Below are positions 1 through 8,729 of a DNA stretch of 11,141 bases, piece by piece; the stretch's first letter is position 1, and every line of letters starts with the position of its first letter. A program made the translations under genes and the position numbers. Under the pieces are notes generated by a model that was given only the letters and a program-made list of their open reading frames with translations, was not told the DNA's origin and made no database searches. The stretch is from Octopus sinensis (Eukaryota), in NCBI RefSeq assembly GCF_006345805.1, contig NW_021827076.1, positions 1-11,141 on the forward strand. Direction: 5' to 3'.

Positions 1-120
1 AGATACAAGACCTTGTATGTCCTTCCCACAATTACGACATCTGGCACGGCTTCCGGTCTTTCCAGGAATAATACGTTTATCAAAATAAGCCCACAAAGAA
101 TCACGCTTTCTTCCAGACAT
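1..120 (-). CDS. hAT transposase N-terminus, BED zinc finger (partial, 40 aa)
   Basis: Manual translation from ATG at 120: MSGRKRDSLWAYFDKRIIPGKTGSRARCRNCGKDIQGLVS. It has the W-x-Y/F motif plus CxxC of a BED finger. Not in the supplied ORF track. Confidence 0.85.
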   Translation of the reverse strand, partial: MSGRKRDSLWAYFDKRIIPGKTGSRARCRNCGKDIQGLVS

Positions 121-227
121 TTAAAAAAATTTAAATGATTTTTTTGATTTTTTTGATTTTTTTTAATGATTTAAATCATTGATTTTTTTGTTGATTAAAA
201 TCAAATGATTTAAATCTAACAACCCTG
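1..227 (-). mobile_element. 5' end of a hAT-superfamily DNA transposon (runs off the left edge of the window)
   Basis: Minus strand begins CAGGGTTGTTAGATTTAAATCA at 227. Subterminal GATTTAAATC palindromes lie at 168-177 and 207-216, with GATTTTTT repeats between 137 and 190. A BED-finger ORF starts 107 bp inside. The adjacent 8-mer CTCTAAAT (228-235) fits hAT target consensus nTnnnnAn and nnnTAnnn; the partner TSD is outside the window. Confidence 0.85.
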
Positions 228-969
228 CTCTAAATGGACTCGGCCATTGGACTCGTCCACAACTGTTTGGATTCAGTAATTCTCAACCGTGGTGCACAAA
301 CTTTGGAATACGCAGCATACAAAAAGGAGATAAAAGTGTTTTGAAACAACTATCGTGTGCATTCGCCCGGGGAAGGGATTCACATAAACAACCGACTCCC
401 GAAGAACAACAAAACAATCATAAAATGTATTCACCTCTAAATTAATTTTATAGACATGAATGGGGTCTCTAAAATTAGACATACTTATATTGCTTGTAAC
501 GAATTATGGGCCTCAGCACATATATTTTTGTAAAATTATGTTAATAATTGTGAGAAAATAAAAACGATTTGAAAAAAATTGATGTTAGTCCCTCAAATGT
601 GATCAGCCACGTATAGATTGGTTATTTTAAAAAAAACCAAATAAGAAAATCCACTAATCACTGTTAATAATGTTTATCAGTATTTATAAATGACTTCAAA
701 TCGACTTCCTTGGTATAAGAAAAGACTTGAGAAACCAATAAACATACTAATAATGAATAATGAGAAATAAACAGCAAATAGAAAAATAAAAAGAAAATAT
801 GTTCATAATAATGAATAAAAATATGTAAAAATTTAATTTTTATTAATACAAAATTCCATAAAGGACCACAAGAAAACGAATAACAGAAACGTATTAACAA
901 GTTGATTGTAATTGATTGTTAATATGTCAATTAATTTTATAATTTTTATGAATTATAAAGTATAATAAA

Positions 970-1010
970 TGTCACCGGTTTTAGAGCGGACCCGGTTTTT
1001 GGAAGGACCA
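970..1010 (+). repeat. Terminal inverted repeat of the Ginger-like element (downstream of the integrase gene)
   Basis: TGTCACCGGTTTTAGAGCGGACCCGGTTTTTGGAAGGACCA is the reverse complement of 10300-10340 with 4 mismatches. Confidence 0.9.
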
Positions 1011-1313
1011 CACAAAAAATTGTATAAATCGTTTTATTTTATCCTGAAAATAGTTATACAATAAATTAAACCATGTTTAAATAATTTCTTAAGCTGTTTC
1101 TGATTTTATCATTGCTCACAAAACCAACATACCCTTCAAAAGTGCTTTTTAAATTTTAAATAAGTAATTTTATTTGATTTTTGTGTAAAATATTAAAAAA
1201 ACATTATATCTTTATTTAATGATTTTAAACCTAAATATTTTAAAAATTCAAATCTTAAAATAACTGTCAATAAAAAACTATTCTAACCCACAAGGTTTGA
1301 TATAAAAATTCAA

Positions 1314-1340
1314 CTAGTCCCCTATGCGGCCTACGGCCGC
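1314..1340 (-). other. Helitron-3'-end-like motif (GC hairpin plus CTAG)
   Basis: GCGGCC-TAC-GGCCGC hairpin (1326-1340), followed on the minus strand 8 nt later by CTAG|T. No matching 5' TC terminus identified. Confidence 0.4.
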
Positions 1341-1370
1341 GGTATCTCTTCACTTAGAGAATTTTAAAAT

Positions 1371-1478
1371 TTAGTTAAACTTTTTTATTCTAGAAATATT
1401 AATATTTTTATGGACATTTCCATTTTCATCTTCTAAAGAATAGTTGTAATTATTTTCTTCGATAATTTTATATTTTGT
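1371..1478 (-). pseudogene. Integrase C-terminal segment and stop codon
   Basis: After collapsing the ATTTTGT duplication, the frame continues NITK/YKIIEENNYNYSLEDENGNVHKNINISRIKKFN* (TAA 1371-1373). It resembles the SH3-like C-terminal region of gypsy/Ginger integrases. Confidence 0.65.
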
Positions 1479-2292
1479 TGTATCTTGTCACCAAATGTGT
1501 TAATGCCAAACTGGCCGATTTCATCGAGGCATTTGGCTTAATCTCAGATAATCAGCTTGGGACGAGGAAGCAATGTCAAGGCGCCAAAGAGCAAGCCCTC
1601 ATTAACCAATGCTTAAATAAAGAGTATGGAAATGGCCTCTATTCTGCTTGGGTCGATGTGAAGAAGGCATTTGACTCAGTTGATCACGAGTTCTTGTTCC
1701 ACGTATTGGATTGCTCTGGAATACCACATTGGATTGTCAGCTTTGTAAAAAACATAGTCAAGAAGTGGACAGTAAACTTACATATCGATGGGAAAAGAAT
1801 TGGGAAAGTAAAGTTAAGCCGGGGAATACTCCAAGGAGATTCATTGTCCCCGCTGCTATTCGTTATGGCGATGGATCCCCTAAGCAGGATGCTTAACTCC
1901 ATGTTTCCCAAACTCGAAATTAGTCGGGAAGATCCCAATATGTTGACATACTCCACCAATCATTTCTTCTTTATTGACGATCTGAAAATAGTTGCCCTCA
2001 AAGAAGATGTGTTAGTCAAAATGATGGAGGCTGTTAATGGATTTTTTGAAAGTGTCGGCCTAGAGATGAATTCCGAAAAATCAGCATCTAATGTGGAATC
2101 TTTATCATGCTGTGAGACTGTCGATGGAATCAACGGATATCGCTACTTGGGTGTACTTGAAGATGGCGGAAGTAATGTTCTCAAGAATAAAGTTATGGAC
2201 TCCATATTGGAGAATGTCAAGAAGAGGATAACTATGTTGTCAAAAACAAACCTGAATGCTGTAAATTTGTTTCGTGGAATCAATGAATATGC
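1479..2292 (+). mobile_element. Internal reverse-transcriptase fragment of an R4/Dong-like non-LTR retrotransposon, truncated at both ends
   Basis: Open frame with QLG, AWVDVKKAFDSVDH, RGILQGDSLSPLLF, FIDD and YRYLG motifs. Flanked by ATTTTGT at 1472-1478 and 2293-2299. The clade call rests on motif resemblance only. Confidence 0.8.
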
Positions 2293-2399
2293 ATTTTGTG
2301 ATGTTTTTCAAAACAGATTCACAATTTTCAGATGAAATATTATCCGAGTTTGCTTGATAACAAATTTCCGCGTTTTCATCTTCAGCGTCAAAAGCCATT
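2293..2399 (-). pseudogene. Integrase segment between the LINE and RT-fragment insertions
   Basis: After collapsing the CCATT duplication, the frame continues NTM/AFDAEDENAEICYQANSDNISSENCESVLKNITK. It is in frame and AT-rich like the rest of the gene, but has no diagnostic motif. Confidence 0.65.
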
Positions 2400-2600
2400 A
2401 GACCTTCAAGCTGTTTTGTATTTGGCCGGATCACAGCCTCCAAAGCACGGATTACATTACAACGCTCAGGCTCCTTCACTCTTGAGTTCAGGAGCCCCGA
2501 GATGCTGATGCATTCTCGGCTGAGCTTGCAAGATTGAACCCGTTGGCGAAGGCGGCCATAAACTTGCCTTAGTTACTCCGCAAAAGTCAGCACTAGTCCT

Positions 2601-3424
2601 AAGGGGATTCCGCGATGGATCTCCAATCGGGACCTAGAGCTGCACCTGAAGGAAACCCTCAGTTCGGTGTTCGTTCTCGAGCGATTCACGCGAGATGGTC
2701 TCAACATCCCAGTTGCTAAGCTGACGCTTGACTCACGAGCTGAAGCTACTTCTTTGATCCGCACCGGAATCACAGCTGGTTTCTGCCTTATCACCTGTGA
2801 ATGGTTCAGACCTCCTGTCGTCCGATGTTTCCATTGTCAGAGATTCGGACACCTGTCCCGTAACTGTCAAGAAAAAGCCCGGTGCTTATACTGCGGCAAG
2901 GACCACGACCGAAGGGAATGCCCAGGCAGCAAACAAAGTCTAGTGGAGCCCTGCGGTCGGCATTGTATCAATTGTGACCGCCCCGGCCACCTCGCATCGT
3001 ATGGTGGATGCCCTACGGCCAAAGCTGCAACAGCAGCTAAATGGGCCGCCCGCGCAGAAGCAATGCCTCGGTCTCCTAACCCAACCCGCATGGTAATGGT
3101 AAAAGCTAAGCCGGTCACGCCTATCTGGAAAGTACGGCCGCTAATAACCCCGTGTGTGGCGGACGCCCATACCCAGACGACGCAAGTCGTTGAGGTGGTG
3201 CGCAGAGCATGCAGGCCCCTGTCGCCGAGGCTATGAAACCGAGGCCCGTCAGCCCAATAAGGAACGGTACTCAGCAGGCCAAAACGCAGGCGAAGGTAGA
3301 CTCTCAAAACAAGGATGCTCTGTTGGAATTTTACCAACGCTGTGTCGACGCACTGCTGAAACTGGGAGTCAAACCCAAGAAGCTAGTAGAGCTCCTATCA
3401 GAGAGGAGCTCGTCAGCAAAATGA
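2601..3424 (+). pseudogene. LINE ORF1 (gag-like nucleic-acid-binding protein) remnant with three zinc knuckles
   Basis: KGIPRWISNRDLELHL... then CFHCQRFGHLSRNC, CLYCGKDHDRREC and CINCDRPGHLASYGGC. Frameshifts are inferred near 2605 and before 3236; the probable final frame ends at TGA 3422-3424. Confidence 0.8.
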
Positions 3425-3600
3425 CCACGCCACTAAAAATCATCGCTGTGAATGCCCGATCTGTCAAGAGACGGCACCTCGACTTCGTTGAGATGGTAAA
3501 CAGCGGCCATCCTGACTTAATCGTCGTCAACGAGTCTAAGCTGAAAGAAGGTCAATGCTTCGAATTGCCAGGATACTGCTCCCTTGACCTGAAATGGAGA
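3421..3600 (+). pseudogene. LINE ORF2 N-terminus, apurinic/apyrimidinic endonuclease fragment
   Basis: MTTPLKIIAVNARSVKRR...PDLIVVNESKL...FELPGY matches the N(A/V)xS and (Q/N)E(T/S)KL motifs of APE domains. Similarity stops near 3600 (approximate deletion junction). Confidence 0.8.
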
Positions 3601-3901
3601 AATAAGTCTACGCCGATCTACGCGCCCCGCTACCCAACTGGGCAGAGGAGAAATCTCCACTAATCGAGAAAGTCATCCTTGATTCCATCCGAACTTTTCG
3701 TCGGCGGTCTCAGGTGACCGATCTTTTCGTGGATCGCGTCTGAAATTCAATCAGAGAGTGACTCTTCAAAAACCCGGCTCATATATTCCCTTAGGACGAA
3801 TCTCGGCAGAGCTCGACTGTCTTCGCAGTCGTCTCGTTTAACCTCGTCCAACCTTTTTACTTAGTCTCTGTTTTACTTACAATAAAACTTTCCATTCCAT
3901 T

Positions 3902-3987
3902 CCATTGTATTTGGCAGAAAATCACTTCCATAATTCATAAAAATGCTGAATGGTCTATGCTTTGTAGTTGCATGGACCGTCTTATTA
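3902..3987 (-). pseudogene. Integrase segment following the 3988-8835 insertion
   Basis: After collapsing the TATTA duplication, the frame continues YDYN/KTVHATTKHRPFSIFMNYGSDFLPNTM, the conserved YN-x-T-x-H-x-T-T-x-x-x-PF motif of retroviral-type integrases. Confidence 0.85.
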
Positions 3988-3992
3988 TGTCA

Positions 3993-4029
3993 CATGCCCC
4001 ACGCGTTACCATGCCCCACGCGTTACCAT
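3993..4029 (+). repeat. 17-bp tandem repeat inside the left TIR of the MITE-like element
   Basis: CATGCCCCACGCGTTAC x2.2; degenerate copies occur in the right TIR. Confidence 0.9.
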
Positions 4030-4182
4030 TGCTCTAAATTTCTAAAATTTCAATTAAAAATATTTAGACGATTGAAATATATTTACTTATTAATTTAAAA
4101 ATTAATAATATTATGGATTTTTATTTTTTCAATGCTTAACCATTAAAATTAAAAAACAATAAATTAAGCATGCTGTTTATTG

Positions 4183-4536
4183 TCGGGGTTAGGGCTAAGG
4201 TAAAGATTAGGGTTAGGGTAAAGGTTAGGGTAAAGGTTGGGGTTAGGGTAAAGGTTAGGGTAAAGGTTGGGGTAAAGGTTGGGGTTAGGGTTAGGGTAAA
4301 GGTTAGGGTAAAGGTTGGGGTTAGGGTAAAGGTTAGGGTAAAGGTTGGGGTTAGGGTTAGGGTAAAGGTTAGGGTAAAGGTTGGGGTTAGGGTAAAGGTT
4401 GGGGTTAGGGTAAAGGTTAGGGTAAAGGTTGGGGTTAGGGTTAGGGTAAAGGTTAGGGTAAAGGTTGGGGTTAGGGTAAAGGTTAGGGTAAAGGTTGGGG
4501 TTAGGGTAAAGGTTAGGGTAAAGGTTGGGGTTAGGG
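4183..4536 (+). repeat. Interstitial telomere-like hexamer array with higher-order structure
   Basis: 59 in-register hexamers, mostly TTAGGG (A), TAAAGG (B) and TTGGGG (C), arranged as ABABC (30 nt) and AABABC (36 nt) units. The first few units are degenerate. Confidence 0.97.
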
Positions 4537-4548
4537 TTTGAAAAAATT

Positions 4549-7500
4549 TGAAAGTGCTTGTTGTGATACTGTCACGATCAAATCAATCTTTCTTATAACC
4601 GCGTTAATGTAGAATTTTCGAATGGAGATACAAAGATTTTTTTTTTTTCACGTGTTGGTTCTTGTGGTGTTTTCTTGTCTCGTTCCTATCTCGTTCTAAA
4701 TCAATTCCAATCCAATCTTCCTTTCTTATTTTTCTTTTTTTTTCCAATTTACCCCCTTTTTATCTTTCCTTTCCAATCTTGTTCTTCCCTCTCTTTCTTG
4801 TCTCTCTATCTCTCTATTTTTCTTTCTCAATCTTATCTTTACTCTATCTACTAACTCACTTTTATCACTCTCTATCTTTTCATACCTCTTCAATGGCCCA
4901 CAAGCATTTTCTCCATGAAAACACCCCATGTGGCATTTGCCTCTCATCCTCCTCCAAAAAGAACGGTCTTCGCTGCTCTTCGTGTTTCACCTTCCTCCAC
5001 CTTAGCTGCCTTAAAATCCCAAAAAAATCCGCAGCTATTATCCCAAAACTACTCTGCCCTTCTTGCCTTCCGTTGTCCAGTAACTCCCCTAAAATGTGTG
5101 GCGAGATAGATGTCGCAGCTCAAGTCCCATCCTGTCCGAGCGCCGAAGAGGTGCTACTATCTATCTCTCTAATACGTAAAAATCGCTATGTTCTCACTAA
5201 GATTCCTAAATCCGCACGCCCTTCGGCGGCTGACGCCCTTTCCACCGTTATTCAAAGCGCTCTGGACCTGAAAACTCCGTTCGCTTGGATCCGCGTCTTC
5301 TTGTTCCCCCTTTATGCCTTGGGATTGCCTTACAACTGCAAATCCGACTGCTCCTTATCCTCATTAGTCAAGCATAATATCTCCAGTTTCCTGAACTCTT
5401 CCTCCTGTGACCTCTTCCTATCGGAGATTATTACCGACAACTGTCCATCCACTTCTTCCAACATAACTGATTCTTGCCGTGAGGAGTCCAATTCGGCTCC
5501 TGACTCAGGCGCTTACCTCGGCCACCGTATCATGGCCAAGCTAATGGAAGGCGACGTACGCGCTGCGCTGAGGGTACTGGCATCCAACGGGGGAGTTCTG
5601 GAATCCTCACCTGGTGTGGTCAACACCCTTAGAAACAAACATCCATCGAGCCCATCCGATCTCCGACCTTTTCCATCCACCAATTCAATTCCACTTGGCC
5701 CGGCTCTTAGCTTCGAAGCTGTGTGCCAGGCCATAAACTCATTTTCGCCAAGCAGTAGCGGAGGATTGGACGGTCTCCGTCCCAGTCATCTTCGCAACCT
5801 AATCTCGAGCCAAATCGGTGAATCGGGCAGGCGGCTTGTCAATGTCGTAAATTCTCTTATAAACCAAATGCTTGCTGCTGACATCCCCCCCTTCGCTCGC
5901 AATCTCTTGTTCTCGGCCAATCTTCTTCCCTTTTCGAAAAAGGATGGTGGAGTCCGCCCAATCGCGGTTGGCAATGTCTTTCGTCGGTTGGCGTCCAAGA
6001 TTGCCTGCTGGTCTGTTTCTCCCGACCTGAGCAAAAACTTCGTCCCCACTCAAGTCGGAGTCGGAGTCCCTTCCGGTTGTGAGGCGGCTGTCCACGCCGC
6101 CAGGCGGTATCTCTCTACAGCAACACCGAACAGAGTCCTTGTCAAACTGGATATTTCTAACGCTTTCAACAGCGTCCGACGTGATTCCTTATTAGATGCT
6201 TGCTTGTCTCGGTGTCCATCAATTTACCGTTATGTTGATCTGTCCTACGGTTCCCCCAGTTCTTTGATTTGTGGTTCTTCAGCCATCTCTTCTGAAAACG
6301 GAGTCCAACAGGGGGACCCTCTGGCCCTCTCCTGTTCTCTCTTGCTATTGACAGTGCCGTTAAAGCATGCCAGTCCGAGTTCAACGTCTGGTATCTGGAC
6401 GATGCCACCATCGGGGGCCCCGCATGCTCAATCCTCGAAGATCTGAACAATATAATCCCCGCACTTTTTTCCCTTGGCCTGTCTATAAACCCTTCGAAAT
6501 CTGAGATTTTTAACATCTCTTATGATCCCAATTATTTTAACACATCTATCTATCCATTATTTAATTCGCTTCTCCCTAATATCAAGGCTGTTACATCCTC
6601 TGATCTTATTGTCCTTGGCTCCCCAATCTTTTCCTCGGCTATCCCTTCCTTCCTGGAGCTTAAGCTCACAAAAATACAAGAATCTATAGCCACACTTAAA
6701 ACAGTCGACGCACATGCTGCCTTCTTCCTGATCAAAAATTTCCTTGCTTTCCCCCGGTTACAATTTTTTTACAGTCCGCCCCTTGTCACCGCCATCATTG
6801 TGCTCTTCAGCACTTCGATCTTTTGCTAAGAAACTCAATTTCGGCTAATACTAATGTCAATTTTGATGATGCCGGGTGGCAACAAGCGATCCTGCCAGTC
6901 CGTCACGGCGGACTAGGTCTGCAAGCTCCTTCTGTTTTGGCTCTCCCTTTCTACCTTTCTTCGTCATACCGCTGTAGTCCGCTTGTCCTTAGGATTCTTT
7001 CTCCCCATTCCGAATCCGTTCTGGACCAAGAGCTTTCTCATGGTATCGAAGTTTGGTCTTCCCGTGGCTTCGACATTCCTTGCTATCCCTGCTATACAAA
7101 GGCGTGGACGGAAACAATGTTTCTTCAGTTATACAATTCGCTATTATCCTCCTGTGATCAACACCGGCGCGCTTGTCTTTTGGCCGCATCCTCCGAATGG
7201 AGTGGCGCTTGGCTCAACGCATACCCTTCCGGAAATACGGGAACCCTGCTGGACCCAAAAAGTGTGCAGATTGGCATTTCTCTTAGACTTGGTCTGGACA
7301 TCTGCTTTCCACACACTTGCCGCTGTGGTTCTGTCGTAGATCGGAAAGGTCTCCATCCACTTTCCTGTCGCAAAAGCCCTGGCCGGATTCCCAGGCATTC
7401 TGAATTAAATTCCGTAGTAAAACATGCACTTGAAGCAGCCGGATTTCCCTGTCAGCTGGAGCCTCCTGGCCTTCTAAGGGAGGATGGTAAGAGACCTGAC

Positions 7501-7900
7501 GGGGTCTCACTCTTTCCCTACAAGAACGGGAAAGCAATCGTCTGGGATGCGACATGCTCTGATACTTTCGCATCATCATGTCTTTCCTTGTCGGCGGTCG
7601 AGGCTGGCTCAGCAGCCAAGAGGGCGGAGACGAAGAAGGCATCTAAGTACGCCTCCCTGATGGACCGTTTCATCTTCGAACCGGTGTCAGTGGAAACTTC
7701 CGGTGTACTTGGCCCGTCTACTCTCCGTTTCCTCTCGAAGATCGGAAGGTCATTGGGAAGGGCGAGGAACGACCCCCGTGAACTGATGTGGCTTTTTGAG
7801 CGCATCTCTCTCGCAGTTCTAAGGGGGAACTGTTCCTCGATCCTCCTCTCGGCTGCGGTTCCGCCTCTAATTAGTGATTTCTTTACCTTATAAACTGTCA

Positions 7901-7944
<44 letters not shown>
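4549..7944 (+). mobile_element. Apparently full-length CRE-clade non-LTR retrotransposon (RT plus restriction-like endonuclease)
   Basis: Pyrimidine-rich 5' UTR, a single long ORF and a 39-nt A run at 7906-7944 directly after the stop. The 5' boundary is tentative, based on a candidate AAAAAATT duplication (4541-4548 and the end of the A run to 7946). Confidence 0.85.
4893..7893 (+). CDS. CRE-clade polyprotein, about 1000 aa after repairing two 1-bp deletions: PHD finger, RT, CCHC knuckle, PD-(D/E)xK endonuclease
   Basis: N-terminal CGIC..CSSC..HLSC..CPSC. RT motifs KKDGGVRPIAVG, KLDISNAFNS, GVQQGDPL and WYLDD. C-terminal CRCG..HPLSC, RHSELN, EP..DGKRPDG..WDAT and AETKKASKY. Frameshifts at about 6323-6325 and in the T run at 6764-6770. 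Confidence 0.9.
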
Positions 7945-7946
<2 letters not shown>

Positions 7947-8182
7947 AGTTTACATGAAAAGAATCAAATAAAGGACAAAATATAATTTTAAATTTTATAA
8001 ACTATCAAATTATGTTGCTTAAGCTTTCACACAATTCACATCATTTAAAATATGTTTTAATGTCCGTAGCAGTCATAATGTTTTGTTGTATTAAAAATAT
8101 ATATTTTAATTTATTTATTTTAAAGCATCTTTTAGTATATCATTAAATTGTACTCTAATTAACTTTATATATAATTTGAATT

Positions 8183-8729
8183 CGGACGGCACGCTCTCTC
8201 ATGCAGACGCAGTGCAGGCCGGTTTCCAAGACATCACGCAATGAACCTAATTGTCAAGAACGCTTTGCATGCAGCTGGTTTCCCGGCACAGCTGGAGCCT
8301 CCTGGTCTCATCCGCACAGACGGAAAAAGACCTGATGGGATAACAATTTTCCCGTACACCAACGGGAAGTGCCTTGTTTGGGACTGCGCTTGCACCGACA
8401 CCTACTCAGAGACAAACCTGATCGCCTCAGCCTCCTCTCCAGGATATGCTTCACAGAACTACGAAAAAATTAAAATATTCAGAGCTCAAGGACAGGTTCA
8501 TAGTGCAACCGATTATTGTGGAGTCATCTGGAGTCTTCGGTCCGGAATCAATCTCTTTTATTAGGAAACTTGGATCCCTGATCTCGGTTCAGACGAAAGA
8601 TAGAAGGGAGACCGAATGGCTGTTTCAACGCCTTTCAACAACCGTTGTCAGAGGTAATAGCCACGCTATCCTTTCTGCTCTTAAGCAACCTTAATCCTTT
8701 TAACTTATTTTTCTTTTATAACATTGGCT
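8183..8729 (+). mobile_element. 5'-truncated 3' fragment of a second, diverged CRE family (endonuclease domain only)
   Basis: GRHALSCRRSAGRFPRHHAMN...EPPGLIRTDGKRPDG...WDCACTDT...KYSELKDRF...WLFQRLS...RGNSHAIL*, with one frameshift at the A run 8472-8475. Candidate 9-bp duplication ATTTGAATT at 8174-8182 and 8730-8738. No clear poly(A). Confidence 0.85.

Larger units (their letters stand above)
2400..3901 (+). mobile_element. 5'-truncated, internally deleted APE-type LINE (Jockey/I/R1-like ORF1) with a (TTCCA)n tail
   Basis: GC-richer block with an ORF1 remnant, the start of ORF2, a short putative ORF2 C-terminus/3' UTR, AATAAA at 3881-3886 and a (CCATT)3 end at 3892-3906. CCATT is also at the left junction (2395-2399). 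Confidence 0.8.

Noticed and set aside
274-294. CAGTAATTCTCAACCGTGGTG, resembling a Charlie/Buster hAT TIR
   Set aside because: No convincing inverted partner or TSD was found; the best candidate near 727 is poor.
480-960. Possible membrane-protein gene on the minus strand (ORF 664-900 and adjacent frames)
   Set aside because: Hydrophobicity follows from T-richness, stops interrupt the frames and no family motif was recognised. A decayed or intron-rich host gene cannot be excluded.
226-4039. Shared 10-mer TGCTCTAAAT at 226-235 and 4030-4039
   Set aside because: Matches of this length are expected by chance in 11 kb and no structure links the two sites.
4183-4536. True chromosome end, or a CRISPR-like array
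   Set aside because: The array is flanked by non-repeat DNA on both sides and lies inside a TIR-bounded element. There are no unique spacers.
4170-4541. 123-aa VRVKVG-repeat ORF
   Set aside because: It is simply the translation of the stop-free hexamer array; nothing supports coding.
4662-4892. Hydrophobic 77-aa N-terminal extension of the CRE ORF
   Set aside because: It starts at a TTG and reflects a pyrimidine-rich 5' UTR; the first ATG (4893) directly precedes the PHD finger.
1684-7901. Many antisense and alternate-frame ORFs in the track (e.g. 1684-1959, 2867-3337, 5513-6516, 6989-7901)
   Set aside because: They are shadow ORFs overlapping recognisable TE coding regions and have no motifs of their own.
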